From an uncultured Candidatus Saccharibacteria bacterium (GTDB lineage Bacteria > Patescibacteriota > Minisyncoccia > Phycocordibacterales > DATGWK01): a DNA stretch of 64,000 bases. Each line of letters starts with the position of its first letter. Positions within the stretch are counted from its first letter, which is position 1. The stretch is taken from the NCBI GenBank assembly GCA_964356815.1, contig CAYHIR010000004.1, positions 842 through 64,841 on the forward strand, given 5' to 3'. Position numbers and translations under genes: made by a program. Positions 28,689 to 39,135 of the stretch are shown piece after piece. The notes under the pieces are model-generated. The model searched no databases. It was not told the DNA's origin and saw only the letters and a list, made by a program, of their open reading frames with translations.

Positions 28689-29681
28689 TTGGTCTGCGCT
28701 CTCGCCGCTTTTAGTATTTTCGCCGCCAACACTGCCCATGCGAGTGTTTTTTCTTTTATTTCCGACATTTTTAATCAAGGAAAAACCGAAGCCTCTGTCA
28801 TCGAATACAATTCTCAAAAATTGCCGATCCTTGCCGCAGTGGCCGCTTCCTCCCTTTCTGTGGGTGGTGGCGATGTGGAGATTGTCGACGAAATTGCTCT
28901 CGTTTCGCAAGACAGCTCTTCTGATGGCGATGTTTTTCAGCCAAACAATGGCGAGATTAGTGTCTATGTTGTCCGCGCCGGCGACACGCTTTCACAGATT
29001 GCCAATATGTACGATGTTTCGGTCAATACTATTAAATGGGCCAACAATTTAGAGAAAAATGTCATTTCTGAAGGTCAGACGCTGGCCATTTTGCCTGTAT
29101 CTGGCGTGAGTCATACTGTAAAAGCTGGCGATACAGTGGCTAGTTTGGCCAAAAAGTATTCCGCTGATGCTGGTGAAATCATTCAGTTCAACGATCTAGA
29201 TGGCTCAAATCCAAAGTTGGCCGTTGGTTCTAAAATAATTGTGCCGGATGCCACTATCTCTGCCCCAGCTTCTTCGAGCGGCTCGTCTTCCGGTTCTAGC
29301 TCGGCTATCAAAAAGTTTGCTAGCCTCCCAGCTTACGAAGGCTACTACACAAAGCCAGTGGCAGGTGCTCGCAAGACCCAAGGCATTCACGGCTACAACG
29401 GCATCGATCTCGGCGCACCTATCGGCACTCCGGTTCTCGCCGCCGCTTCGGGTAAGGTCATTATTAGTAAAGACGCTGGCTACAACGGTGGTTATGGAAA
29501 CTACATCGTCGTCTATCACACAAACGGCACTCAAACTCTTTACGCTCATTTGAGTCGCAACGCTGTCGCCCAAAATACTGATGTTACAAAAGGTCAGGTC
29601 ATCGGCTATGTTGGTTCAACAGGAAAATCTACCGGTCCTCATCTGCATTTCGAAGTTCGTGGTGCGAAGAATCCTTTTTAG
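28689..29681 (+). CDS. LysM-domain M23 family peptidoglycan endopeptidase
   Basis: Two LysM repeats (DTLSQIANMYDVSVNTIKWAN and DTVASLAKKYSADAGEIIQFN). M23 motifs HGYNGIDLGAP and GSTGKSTGPHLHFE. The start is non-ATG (TTG) and the signal peptide may begin upstream. Confidence 0.85.
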   Translation: MVCALAAFSIFAANTAHASVFSFISDIFNQGKTEASVIEYNSQKLPILAAVAASSLSVGGGDVEIVDEIALVSQDSSSDGDVFQPNNGEISVYVVRAGDTLSQIANMYDVSVNTIKWANNLEKNVISEGQTLAILPVSGVSHTVKAGDTVASLAKKYSADAGEIIQFNDLDGSNPKLAVGSKIIVPDATISAPASSSGSSSGSSSAIKKFASLPAYEGYYTKPVAGARKTQGIHGYNGIDLGAPIGTPVLAAASGKVIISKDAGYNGGYGNYIVVYHTNGTQTLYAHLSRNAVAQNTDVTKGQVIGYVGSTGKSTGPHLHFEVRGAKNPF

Positions 29682-29780
29682 GTCGGCCGGCAAAATTTAG
29701 TGCAATAAGTTATTTTTAGGTGTATTATTGCCGCAGATTTTTATAGGTAATTTTATTAGGGGTTTTGCATTAAAAAATTT

Positions 29781-30932
29781 ATGAACAACACCGTAAAACT
29801 GATCGGCGGAATTATCGTCTTGGTTTTGATTGTTTGGGGCATTACAGCGTTTACAAATCCATCAGGAGCGCCGGTTTCTGAAACTGGTCCGATTAAGATT
29901 GGATTTATTGGCCCGCTTTCTGGTGATGCGGCAGTTTACGGAGAAACAGAAAAAAACGCAGTGGAAATCGCTTTAGAAGAAATTAACCAGAGCGGAGAGC
30001 TAAAAAGAAGACTTGAGGTTATTTATGAAGACGGAAAATGCTCTGGCAAAGATGCGGTCACGGCGGCTCAAAAATTGATTAATATCGACAAAGTTAGCAT
30101 TATTTTTGGTGGAGTGTGCAGCTCTGAAACATTGGGGTTGGCTCCAGTAGTAGAGTCGAATAAAGTCGTACTTTTCTCTGCTTTTTCTAGTAGTCCACTG
30201 ATTAGTCAGTCTGGAGATTATGTATTCCGCAACTCACCTTCTGATTCTGATTTTGGTAAAGCAGACGCAGAATTGATTGCATCACAAGGGATAAAGCGTG
30301 TTGCTATGATTAGCGAAAACTCTGATTACTCGCAAGGAGTGCGCGGAGTGATGAAAAATATTTTGCAACAGAAAAATATCGAACTTGTATCTGATGAGGT
30401 ATTTAATTCCGGCACAAAAGATTTTCGTACCAATCTAACTAAAATTAAATCAGCAAACCCAGAGGCTATTTATGTTAATTCTGGGACATCACCGGCGATA
30501 GCTGGGTCCATTCCAAAACAGATTGGAGAGTTGGGAATTAAGAACGTAAAAATATTCGGCAATTTCATGTTGGGAGATAAAGAAGCTCTAAGTGTCGGTG
30601 GTCAGGCAATGGAAGGAGTAATATTTAGTGACGCTAGAGATTTAACACAATCTGCCGGCTCCCTAATTGAAAAATATAAATCAAAATTTCAAAAGGATCC
30701 TGCTCACAATTATCCTATGGCAGCAAGATATGATTCAGTTTACATTATAAAAGACGCAATCAAGAGTTGTGGGGGAGATGATAGTAATTGTATAAAAAAA
30801 TATCTGTACGGTATGCCAGAGTATAGCGGCACGATTGGAATTTACAGATTTGATTCAAATGGGGATTTGTCGAGCGATCAGTTTGCTGTCCATAAAAAAA
30901 TTGTAAATGGGAAAGCCGTGGAAATAAAATAG
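29781..30932 (+). CDS. ABC transporter substrate-binding protein, branched-chain amino acid family (Peripla_BP_6), paralog 1
   Basis: N-terminal TM anchor, then IKIGFIGPLSGDAAVYGETEKNAVEIALEEIN, typical of LivJ/LivK-type binding proteins. Confidence 0.8.
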   Translation: MNNTVKLIGGIIVLVLIVWGITAFTNPSGAPVSETGPIKIGFIGPLSGDAAVYGETEKNAVEIALEEINQSGELKRRLEVIYEDGKCSGKDAVTAAQKLINIDKVSIIFGGVCSSETLGLAPVVESNKVVLFSAFSSSPLISQSGDYVFRNSPSDSDFGKADAELIASQGIKRVAMISENSDYSQGVRGVMKNILQQKNIELVSDEVFNSGTKDFRTNLTKIKSANPEAIYVNSGTSPAIAGSIPKQIGELGIKNVKIFGNFMLGDKEALSVGGQAMEGVIFSDARDLTQSAGSLIEKYKSKFQKDPAHNYPMAARYDSVYIIKDAIKSCGGDDSNCIKKYLYGMPEYSGTIGIYRFDSNGDLSSDQFAVHKKIVNGKAVEIK

Positions 30933-30958
30933 GATTTATCCCACTCTATTCTGTCTAT

Positions 30959-31510
30959 ATGGAATTGTTATTTTCTCTACCACTGATCATCCTGTACTCC
31001 ATCGCATTTGGAGTGGCAATGAAAGTCGCGGATTTGTTTAATGAGCATGGACTGAAGGAGCGTTTTCATGGTAATTCAATGATGTTTGGTGTTTTGTGCG
31101 GCATTTTCGGTGGTTTAATTGTTTGGAGCGATATTTATTTGGCTAATGCCGCCATGGCTTTAATGCTGGGTTATATTTTCAGGTTAAGAATTGACCATAG
31201 AAATCACGCAGTTGCGGCCGTGATTATAATTACAGCTTTCCTTTTTCGTGGCACGATCGATTTACCGACAATCATCTTTTTCTTTCTAACCTTCGCCATC
31301 TTTGGTGGCATAAGAGATTATCTTGACGATACCTTGCACAGCAAATCCGGCATCCAAAAAATATTTGAGGCCGGCTGGTATTTAATCATTCCACCCCTGA
31401 TTTATTCGTATTTCACAGGTCACTGGCTGGTGTCTTTGTTCCTAATTTTATTCATTGTCTCTTATGATGTTGTAAAATATGTGTGGGAAAAACCGATGAT
31501 TAATGCTTAA
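30959..31510 (+). CDS. Hypothetical polytopic membrane protein
   Basis: About five TM helices. Embedded in the transporter operon. Confidence 0.4.
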   Translation: MELLFSLPLIILYSIAFGVAMKVADLFNEHGLKERFHGNSMMFGVLCGIFGGLIVWSDIYLANAAMALMLGYIFRLRIDHRNHAVAAVIIITAFLFRGTIDLPTIIFFFLTFAIFGGIRDYLDDTLHSKSGIQKIFEAGWYLIIPPLIYSYFTGHWLVSLFLILFIVSYDVVKYVWEKPMINA

Positions 31511-31565
31511 TAATTCTGTGTAGTATATTTAACCCATTCTTTGTTTTTGTGCCCAATGTGTTTTT

Positions 31566-32432
31566 ATGGAAATCATTCCCCAACTCATAGTCAACAGCAT
31601 TATTGCCGGCGCGATTTATATGATGATTGCGCTTGGGTTTAATCTCATTTTCAGCACGGTTAAGTTTTTCGACCTTGGCTTCGGTGCGCTTGCGGCTGTT
31701 GGTGGTTATACAACTTTTTATTTTTCCAATCGCCTTGGCTGGAATATTTTTGTGGCGGTGGCGCTTGGTGTGTTGGTTGCGGGGCTTATTGGTTTTCTTA
31801 TAAACAAATTCGTCTATACTCGCCTATCGAAAAATAAGGCGTCGTCGATGGTGATGCTCGTGGCTTCGCTTGGTGTGCTCACGGCGGTGCAGGCTGTGAT
31901 CGCCATGCTTTTCACGAGTCAGTTTCAGGTGCTTTCTTCGGTCTTGAGTGCCACAAAGGTCTACAACATTTACACTGCGGCTATCACTGAGATTCAGCTC
32001 ATTATTCTCGCGTCGGGTTTGATAATTGCCGCTGGTTTAGCTTTGCTTCTCAAGTGGACGAAATTTGGCCGAGCAGTGCGAGCAATTGGTGACGATCGTG
32101 AGGTGTCGGAAATCGTCGGTATTGATACGCGAAAAGTGATCGGCCGGATTTTTTTCATCGGTTCGGCTATTGCGGGTTTGGCTGGCGTGCTCTTTGGCTT
32201 AGACACAGGCATTGAGCCAACGATGGGCCTCTCGCTTCTCCTCAAAGGTGTCATCGCTTCGATCATTGGCGGTGTGGGCAATGTCTGGGGCGGTGTCGCC
32301 GGTGCATTTATTCTCGGCTTTGTGGAAAATTTTGGCATCTGGAAAATTTCCGGTGAATGGAAAGATGCGATCGCTTTTGGGGTGTTGATTGTTTTCTTGC
32401 TGTTTCGACCAAACGGGCTTTTCAGGAAGTGA
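31566..32432 (+). CDS. livH: Branched-chain amino acid ABC transporter permease
   Basis: LivH-like N-terminus IIPQLIVNSIIAGAIYMMIALGFNLIF. Confidence 0.85.
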   Translation: MEIIPQLIVNSIIAGAIYMMIALGFNLIFSTVKFFDLGFGALAAVGGYTTFYFSNRLGWNIFVAVALGVLVAGLIGFLINKFVYTRLSKNKASSMVMLVASLGVLTAVQAVIAMLFTSQFQVLSSVLSATKVYNIYTAAITEIQLIILASGLIIAAGLALLLKWTKFGRAVRAIGDDREVSEIVGIDTRKVIGRIFFIGSAIAGLAGVLFGLDTGIEPTMGLSLLLKGVIASIIGGVGNVWGGVAGAFILGFVENFGIWKISGEWKDAIAFGVLIVFLLFRPNGLFRK

Positions 32433-32454
32433 GTCGGCGATTAAAATTTAACAA

Positions 32455-33321
32455 ATGGAATACTTAATTCATCTCGCAATCCTCGTCGGAATATACGCGA
32501 TGCTTGGCATATCGCTCAATTTGGTTGTGGGTTTCACTGGCCTGCTTTCCATCACTCAGGCGGCTTTCTATGGCATTGGTGGCTATGCGACGGCGATTTT
32601 GCTCACTGGTCTCGGTATGAATTTCTTTCTATCTGTCATCGCTGGTATCGTAATAACCGTTATTCTTAGCCTTATAATTGGCTTTGTGCTGAGCCGTTTT
32701 CGTGGCGACTTTTTCGCTCTCGGCTCTTTTGGTTTCAACATCATCATCTATAGCGTCCTTCTAAACTGGCAATCACTCACCCGCGGTCCGCTTGGCATTC
32801 CAGGCATTCCGCGCCCGTCACTTTTCGGCTATGTTTTTTCGGAAAACTTAAGCTTCTTGGTGCTCGTGATAGTTTTTGCCGCTCTCACCTATTTGCTCGC
32901 CCACTTTGTCACCCGATCTTCTTTCGGTCGCGTACTCAAAGCCATTCGCGAGGATGAAGAAGCGGCGGCGGTTTTTGGTTACAACACGCTCGTCTATAAG
33001 CTCACAATTTTCGTCATCTCAGCGGCTATTGCATCGGTTGCTGGTTCCCTTTTTGCTTCCTACATCACTTTCATCGACCCCTCGACTTTTGTTTTAAACG
33101 AATCGATCTTTATTCTTTCAATAATTATTCTCGGCGGCCTTTCTAGCCTGCGCGGCTCGGTACTCGGCGCGATCATTCTCATTCTTTTGCCCGAAATCTT
33201 GCGTTTTGTCGGTTTTCCAAGCGACATTGCCGCTCAAATGCGTCAATTTGTCTACGGTCTGCTTTTGGTTATACTGATGATGTATCGCCCTCAGGGCTTG
33301 GTTGGGGAGTATAAGCTTTAG
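32455..33321 (+). CDS. livM: Branched-chain amino acid ABC transporter permease
   Basis: LivM-like polytopic protein adjacent to livH. Confidence 0.8.
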   Translation: MEYLIHLAILVGIYAMLGISLNLVVGFTGLLSITQAAFYGIGGYATAILLTGLGMNFFLSVIAGIVITVILSLIIGFVLSRFRGDFFALGSFGFNIIIYSVLLNWQSLTRGPLGIPGIPRPSLFGYVFSENLSFLVLVIVFAALTYLLAHFVTRSSFGRVLKAIREDEEAAAVFGYNTLVYKLTIFVISAAIASVAGSLFASYITFIDPSTFVLNESIFILSIIILGGLSSLRGSVLGAIILILLPEILRFVGFPSDIAAQMRQFVYGLLLVILMMYRPQGLVGEYKL

Positions 33322-33361
33322 GGGGGGGTTATTAAAAAAGGCGGTAAATAGGGCGAAAAAT

Positions 33362-34510
33362 ATGAAAAACACAATAATCTGGATAGTCGCAGCAGCAGTA
33401 ATTCTCGGCGGAATCTGGCTGTATCAGACGAAAAATGGTGATCAGGTTGGAACATTGGAAAATGGTGATCAGAAAACTCTCAATATTGGCGCACTTCTTC
33501 CTTTTAGCGGTCCAGCGGCATTTTATGGCGATCAGGCAAGAATGGGCGTTGAGCTTGCCAAAGAAGAAATGGCCGCAACGTATCCAAATCTAAATATCGT
33601 TGTCTCCTACGAGGATTCTTTCTTTACTCCGAAAGGTGGTGTTGATGGTTATAACAAATTGAAAAATACCAGCGGGCTTGATGCAGTTATTACTGGCGGT
33701 AGCCCGGTTTCTATGGCTGTAGCAGCACTGAGTAAGCAAGATGATTTGCTCCAGATGGGAATTTTTAGTGCCACCGATCTGTATACTTCGCCAGACGATT
33801 TAACTTTTCGAGTTACTACCAGAGTCTCTGTTGACCTAGAAAACACAATTGCTTTTTATCTTGAGAAAAAATTTAGTCGCTTGGCCATTGTTTATCTTAA
33901 TAATGATTTTGGTGCAAGTTTCCGAAATTCGCTGAAACAAAAAATCGATCAGGATAAATTGCCGATAAGTGTTGTGGCCGATGAGGGATTCCTTCTTGAT
34001 GCCAGCGATTTCCGCACGATTCTTCTGAAGGTAAAACAAAGCAATCCTGATGTGATTTTCATTGCTGGCACCACGCCACACAATGCCAAACTTCTTGTTC
34101 AGGCCAAAGAACTTGGAATCAAAACACAGATTACAAGCGTGCGAACTATCGAGGATCCAAATTTGTTCAAGACCGCAGGTAATGCCGCCGACGGAGTAAT
34201 CTTTACGGCTATCTTTGATGCTGATTCGGATCATCAGCCGACTAAAGATTTTATCAAAAGTTTTTTTGAAAGATACAACACAACACCTGACACTTATGCC
34301 GCTGAAGGCTACGAAGGTATGAAACTTACTGCACGGGCTTTGGCAAAATGTACCTCCGTTGACGCAGAATGTCTTAAAGAGGTGATGGCGGACCTAAGCG
34401 ACCACTCACCAATGTTCAAAGATTTTCATTTCGACCAAAACGGTGATCCGTTGTATGCGTTGTTCCTGAAGACAATTAAAAACGGGCAGTTCGTTAAATT
34501 AGAAAATTAA
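33362..34510 (+). CDS. ABC transporter substrate-binding protein (Peripla_BP_6), paralog 2
   Basis: LNIGALLPFSGPAAFYGDQARMGVELAKEE. Start moved to the internal Met 33362. Confidence 0.8.
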   Translation: MKNTIIWIVAAAVILGGIWLYQTKNGDQVGTLENGDQKTLNIGALLPFSGPAAFYGDQARMGVELAKEEMAATYPNLNIVVSYEDSFFTPKGGVDGYNKLKNTSGLDAVITGGSPVSMAVAALSKQDDLLQMGIFSATDLYTSPDDLTFRVTTRVSVDLENTIAFYLEKKFSRLAIVYLNNDFGASFRNSLKQKIDQDKLPISVVADEGFLLDASDFRTILLKVKQSNPDVIFIAGTTPHNAKLLVQAKELGIKTQITSVRTIEDPNLFKTAGNAADGVIFTAIFDADSDHQPTKDFIKSFFERYNTTPDTYAAEGYEGMKLTARALAKCTSVDAECLKEVMADLSDHSPMFKDFHFDQNGDPLYALFLKTIKNGQFVKLEN

Positions 34511-34520
34511 AATAATCACG

Positions 34521-35645
34521 ATGAATAAAAAAACAGCAATCTGGATAATCGTCGCAATCGTAGTCATCGGTGGAATCTGGTTCTATCAGACGAAAACTGG
34601 CAGTCAAACAGCAACACAAAATACTGAAGGTAAGATCCTAAAAATCGGCGCCATCTTGCCTCTTAGCGGACCAATCGCCAGCGCTGGTGGCTTCGCTAAA
34701 AATGGTATAGAAGAAGCTCTCGCTGATATTGCTGAAGACAAAAATCTAAACATCGAAGTTATTTTTGAGGACGGCCAATACGATGCCAAAACGTCTGTTT
34801 CGGCTTACAACAAATTAAAAACTGTCGATGGTGTTGATGCGCTGATTGTTTTTGGCACACCGTCTGTTATGTCTATTGCTCCGCTTGTGAATGCCGATCG
34901 TATTCCCCTTCTCGGTTTGCTAGCCGCGCCAAATTATTCTAGCCCCGATGACTTCACCTTCCGCATGATGGGTCACTCAGACACCGAAGCCAAATTTGCT
35001 TCAGATATTTTGGTAGACAAACTTGGTAAAAAGAAAATCGCGGTTATGTATTTAAACAACGATTACGGCACTGGCGCTTTGGCTTCATTTAAAAAATATG
35101 TTGCTGGCCGAGCAACTGTCGTAGCCGAAGAGGGTTCAGCCCCTGGTACAACCGATTATCGCGCTCAGCTCACAAAGATCAAAAATACTGCCCCAGACGC
35201 AATTTTCCTCGCTACTCTCTATAAAGAAGGTGGTCTGATCGTCAAACAAGCTAAGGAAATGGGCATTGCTGGGCCGTTTATGTGTGGCCAGCCATGTGAT
35301 GTGCCAGAGCTTATTACCACTGCCGGCGCGGCATCCGAAGGCCTTATTGTGGTTGCGCCTACAGACAAAAACGGTACTGGTTTCATCGACGAATATCAAA
35401 AAATCTATGGTGCCCGCCCAAGCTATCTTGCTCTTAGAACTTACGACGCCACAAACATTCTAAACTCAATCGCTCCAAACTGTGCGTCGAGCAATTTCTC
35501 TGGCGACTGTCTCAAAAAACAAATTGACGATCTAAACGGTTTCCCCGGTCTTTCCTACCCCATCAACTTCGATAATAATGGCGACATAAATGATCAGTTT
35601 GTGGTGAAGGTTATTAAAAATGGTAAATATGAGGCTTATGAATAA
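34521..35645 (+). CDS. ABC transporter substrate-binding protein (Peripla_BP_6), paralog 3
   Basis: LKIGAILPLSGPIASAGGFAKNGIEEALADI. Confidence 0.8.
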   Translation: MNKKTAIWIIVAIVVIGGIWFYQTKTGSQTATQNTEGKILKIGAILPLSGPIASAGGFAKNGIEEALADIAEDKNLNIEVIFEDGQYDAKTSVSAYNKLKTVDGVDALIVFGTPSVMSIAPLVNADRIPLLGLLAAPNYSSPDDFTFRMMGHSDTEAKFASDILVDKLGKKKIAVMYLNNDYGTGALASFKKYVAGRATVVAEEGSAPGTTDYRAQLTKIKNTAPDAIFLATLYKEGGLIVKQAKEMGIAGPFMCGQPCDVPELITTAGAASEGLIVVAPTDKNGTGFIDEYQKIYGARPSYLALRTYDATNILNSIAPNCASSNFSGDCLKKQIDDLNGFPGLSYPINFDNNGDINDQFVVKVIKNGKYEAYE

Positions 35646-36792
35646 AGCAATCTGGACGATAGTCGTTGTCATCATATTAGTTCTCGCACTTGGCTTCATT
35701 GCTAAAGACAAAACGAGAAATTCAGAGTCGTCTGGTGAGCCGATAAAGATAGGTAGTATATCGGCACTGACTGGCGTTGGTGTAGCCGTTGGAGAAGAAG
35801 AAAGAAGGGGCGCAGAGCTTGCGGTTGAAGAGATAAATGAAAATGGTGGTGTGATTGGACGACCGCTAAAACTTATAAGCGAAGATCTTTCGATTGATAA
35901 ATTAAAAAATGCCGGTTTGGTAACCAGTAAGCTTATAAATGTTGATAAGGTGGTTGGGATTATTGGTGCCCAATGGGATGAGCCGGCAGCTGCTGTTCTA
36001 CCTATTATCGAAAAAGCCATGATTCCGATGATTGGTCCCAACGTTACTGACTCCATTGAAACAAACAACCTCGGCGACTATCTTTTTTCGACCTGGTATG
36101 ACAATCGTGTTGGTATAAACACGATTTTAGAATATGCAAAGCAAAAAGAATTTAAAACTGGCACTATAATTCGCATTTTTGACGGTGGTTTCTGGAAATT
36201 TACATCGGATCTTGTTGCAAAAAATGCCCCAGCATACGGCATAAAAATTATTGATGACATAAACATAAATAATCCATTGTCGAATGATTTTCGAACTTTT
36301 ATCACCAAAGCTAAAGCGAAAAATCCCGATTTTATTTTCTTTGTAACGTCAGACCCGAGCCAATGCGTTTTCTTCAAACAAATGAAAGAGCAAAATTTTG
36401 ATGTGCCTGTTCTTACAACCGAAGCGGCTGGCAACAGCGCTTCTCTCGCGCAATGTCCTGAGGATTTGGCTAATTTGTACTTCAGTACTCCTTCGCCGAA
36501 ACATGATAGATACAAGGTTTTTGAAAAGTCGTTTATTGAAAAATATGGCAGAAAACCACTCTTCCCCTCGGCAGTTACCGCCTATGACGCAGTACGTATA
36601 ATGGCTTCTGCTTTGGAAAAAACCAATGGAAAAAGCGGCAAAGATTTGCAGATAGCTCTATCAGAAACCAAAGATTTTCTAGGGGCCTCCTTGCCAAATA
36701 TCACATTCAAAGAAAATGGTTTTGTGCTTACCCCTGATGATATTTTTGAGATGCAGACTGTACGCGGTGGCGAGTTTGTGAGGGTCGAGTAG
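35638..36792 (+). CDS. ABC transporter substrate-binding protein (Peripla_BP_6), paralog 4
   Basis: IKIGSISALTGVGVAVGEEERRGAELAVEEINENGG. Its start overlaps the stop of paralog 3. Confidence 0.8.
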   Translation: MNKAIWTIVVVIILVLALGFIAKDKTRNSESSGEPIKIGSISALTGVGVAVGEEERRGAELAVEEINENGGVIGRPLKLISEDLSIDKLKNAGLVTSKLINVDKVVGIIGAQWDEPAAAVLPIIEKAMIPMIGPNVTDSIETNNLGDYLFSTWYDNRVGINTILEYAKQKEFKTGTIIRIFDGGFWKFTSDLVAKNAPAYGIKIIDDININNPLSNDFRTFITKAKAKNPDFIFFVTSDPSQCVFFKQMKEQNFDVPVLTTEAAGNSASLAQCPEDLANLYFSTPSPKHDRYKVFEKSFIEKYGRKPLFPSAVTAYDAVRIMASALEKTNGKSGKDLQIALSETKDFLGASLPNITFKENGFVLTPDDIFEMQTVRGGEFVRVE

Positions 36793-36800
36793 AACAATCA

Positions 36801-37469
36801 ATGAAAAAAGTAAATCCGGTAACGACAAAAAATCTACTAAGGGAAATAAAGACTCAGAAGTCTAAAATCAAATTCGTTAACGGTCTTCGGATTAAGGTTT
36901 GTCGCGGTGTTTTCCCGCCGCAAAGTCGGTGGTCTCGATCATCTAAACCCATTCACGACCTACTTGTCGATGTGAGTGGTAAAAAGGTTTTGGATATTGG
37001 CACGGGCACTGGTGTCCAAGCAATACACTCGGCTAAAAGCGGTGCTGAGATGGTCGTCGCTACAGACATAAATCCCGAAGCTGTTGAATGTGCAAAATTT
37101 AATGTCTCTCTAAACGGTTTCGAAAATAAAATCACTGTTTTTAAAAGCGATCTGTTTAAAAGTGTGCCGAAAGAAAAATTTGATGTCATCATTGCAAATT
37201 TACCTATAACCGACTATCTAGCCAAAGGTATTGTGTCTGCAGCTCTGTACGATCCGGACTATAAAATTCATAAAAGATTTTTCAAAAATGCCGGCGTATA
37301 TCTAAAAGCAGATGGATACATTCTCATGTCCCACATCAATTTTAAGGGCAAGGATGATTTCGACGACTTTGAAAAAATGATTGCAAAACATGGTTATAAA
37401 GTTGATAAATATGCAGACAAAAAGGCGTTGGGGTATACTTGGAGGATATATAAGATAAGTCGCAAATAA
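36801..37469 (+). CDS. Class I SAM-dependent methyltransferase (MTS-type small domain)
   Basis: VLDIGTGTGVQAIH, then DIN, then DVIIANLP. Confidence 0.6.
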   Translation: MKKVNPVTTKNLLREIKTQKSKIKFVNGLRIKVCRGVFPPQSRWSRSSKPIHDLLVDVSGKKVLDIGTGTGVQAIHSAKSGAEMVVATDINPEAVECAKFNVSLNGFENKITVFKSDLFKSVPKEKFDVIIANLPITDYLAKGIVSAALYDPDYKIHKRFFKNAGVYLKADGYILMSHINFKGKDDFDDFEKMIAKHGYKVDKYADKKALGYTWRIYKISRK

Positions 37470-37476
37470 TTTAAAA

Positions 37477-38211
37477 ATGTCTATTCTCCAAACCAAAAAC
37501 CTTCTCAAACAATTCGACAGCATCAAGGCTGTTGATCATCTTTCGATTACTATTCCTAAAGGCAAAATTACGGGCATAATCGGGCCAAATGGCTCGGGCA
37601 AAAGTACGCTCATAAATTTGCTCACAGGCATCATTCCGCTCACTGGCGGCGCTGTTGTGCTTCACGAAAAAATTCATCTAAGCCGCATCAAGTCGCATGA
37701 AGTGCCGGCCTATGGCATGACGCGCACTTTCCAGGACGTTCGCCTCTTCGAGCAAATGCCGGTGCTCGACAACGTCCTTCTCGCGCTTACCGAAAGAAAT
37801 GTTTGGAGTGCGATTTTTGAACGTCACAAAAAATTTCACCTCGAGCGCGCTGAAGAAGTTTTGAAACGCGTCGGCTTGTGGGAAAAGCGTGCTGAGCTTG
37901 CCGTCAATCTTTCCTACGGCCAGCGTAAGCTCTTAGAAATCGCTCGCGCTCTCGCCATGAACGCTGAAATCTATCTTTTCGACGAGCCTTTCGCCGGCCT
38001 TTTTCCTGAAATGATCAAAATCGTCGTCTCTATCGTTAAAGAACTCCGCGCCGCAGGCAAAACCATCATCCTCATCGAGCACAACATGACTCTCATCCGC
38101 GAACTTTCCGATCATGTCATCGTCATGGACAGCGGCAAACTTCTCGCCGAAGGCGAACCAGAAAAAGTCCTCCGCGAAAAACAAGTGGTGGAGGCGTATT
38201 TGGGGGAGTAA
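37477..38211 (+). CDS. livG: Branched-chain amino acid ABC transporter ATP-binding protein
   Basis: Walker A GPNGSGKST. LSYGQRKLLEIARAL signature. Walker B LFDEP. Confidence 0.85.
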   Translation: MSILQTKNLLKQFDSIKAVDHLSITIPKGKITGIIGPNGSGKSTLINLLTGIIPLTGGAVVLHEKIHLSRIKSHEVPAYGMTRTFQDVRLFEQMPVLDNVLLALTERNVWSAIFERHKKFHLERAEEVLKRVGLWEKRAELAVNLSYGQRKLLEIARALAMNAEIYLFDEPFAGLFPEMIKIVVSIVKELRAAGKTIILIEHNMTLIRELSDHVIVMDSGKLLAEGEPEKVLREKQVVEAYLGE

Positions 38212-38212
38212 A

Positions 38213-38956
38213 TTATTCCGTCTTCTTCCACATAATTTCAAAAATCTGTCGGAATGTTTTTGTAACGTCTGGATTTTCTATAATGATCGCTTGCAGATAA
38301 TTGTTAATAAAAATTCGAACGAATGTATCGGCAACTTCTATAGATGTGTTTGATGAATAATCACTCACTGGTAATTTTTTAAATATTCTTCCGTACTCCG
38401 CGTCCTTTTCTCTCCATTCTGTAAGCACTTCGTCGTCTGGTGCAAGTCCACGTACCTTTATTCCTCCTTCCATCATCACTTTTTTATTCAATCGTCTAAA
38501 AAACGACAAAAGTTCTGCGGGCGTGCCTTCGTCTGGCTTTGCATAAAATCCGACAACTTCTTTTCCCCTCAATTCTTTTGCTCGATATCTGATCGCTTCT
38601 TCCATACCTTTCAAACCCTCGAAGTAAAGAGTTTTCACTTCCACCTTGCTCTCATCGGCGACGCGCTCAAGCTCAGGCAAAACTTTTTTTGCTTGGCGCA
38701 TACGCTCTTCGGCGATAGCAAATACTTCGTGTGGTGGCTTAGCAATGAAAAGCTGTTTTTTGACACGCGGAATTTTAAATACAAAGCCCTTTTTTATGAG
38801 TTCTCCTATAACCACATACGCTGTGGGCTTCTTCAGGCCAGATTTCTCCGCCACTCCATAAGCGGATCCCCTTCCAAGGCCGAGTAGAGCGACGTAAACG
38901 CGCGCTTCTTTGTCTGAAAGGCCAAGCGTAAATAGAGCATTTGTTATTTCATCCAT
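38213..38956 (-). CDS. TrmB-family transcriptional regulator
   Basis: N-terminal wHTH LGLSDKEARVYVALLGLGRGSAYGVAEKSGLKKPTAYVVIGELIKKGFV. Confidence 0.65.
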   Translation of the reverse strand: MDEITNALFTLGLSDKEARVYVALLGLGRGSAYGVAEKSGLKKPTAYVVIGELIKKGFVFKIPRVKKQLFIAKPPHEVFAIAEERMRQAKKVLPELERVADESKVEVKTLYFEGLKGMEEAIRYRAKELRGKEVVGFYAKPDEGTPAELLSFFRRLNKKVMMEGGIKVRGLAPDDEVLTEWREKDAEYGRIFKKLPVSDYSSNTSIEVADTFVRIFINNYLQAIIIENPDVTKTFRQIFEIMWKKTE

Positions 38957-39135
38957 AAATTGTTGCTTTTGCGTATATCCTTATACTAGTCAAAAATGCA
39001 ATTTAGTCAATAAAGTTGATGATTTATCATAGAACCTTAAAAAATCCTTTGTTTAATTCATAAAATAGGTATTTTGTACTCAATCTTTATGTACTTATTT
39101 GGCACATTTGACGGCATACTATAACATGTTGTCAT

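Noticed and set aside
35532-36515. Minus-strand ORFs 35532..36068 (178 aa) and 36078..36515 (145 aa)
   Set aside because: They are antisense to the well-supported SBP paralog 4, and the Liv genes around them are co-directional on the plus strand.
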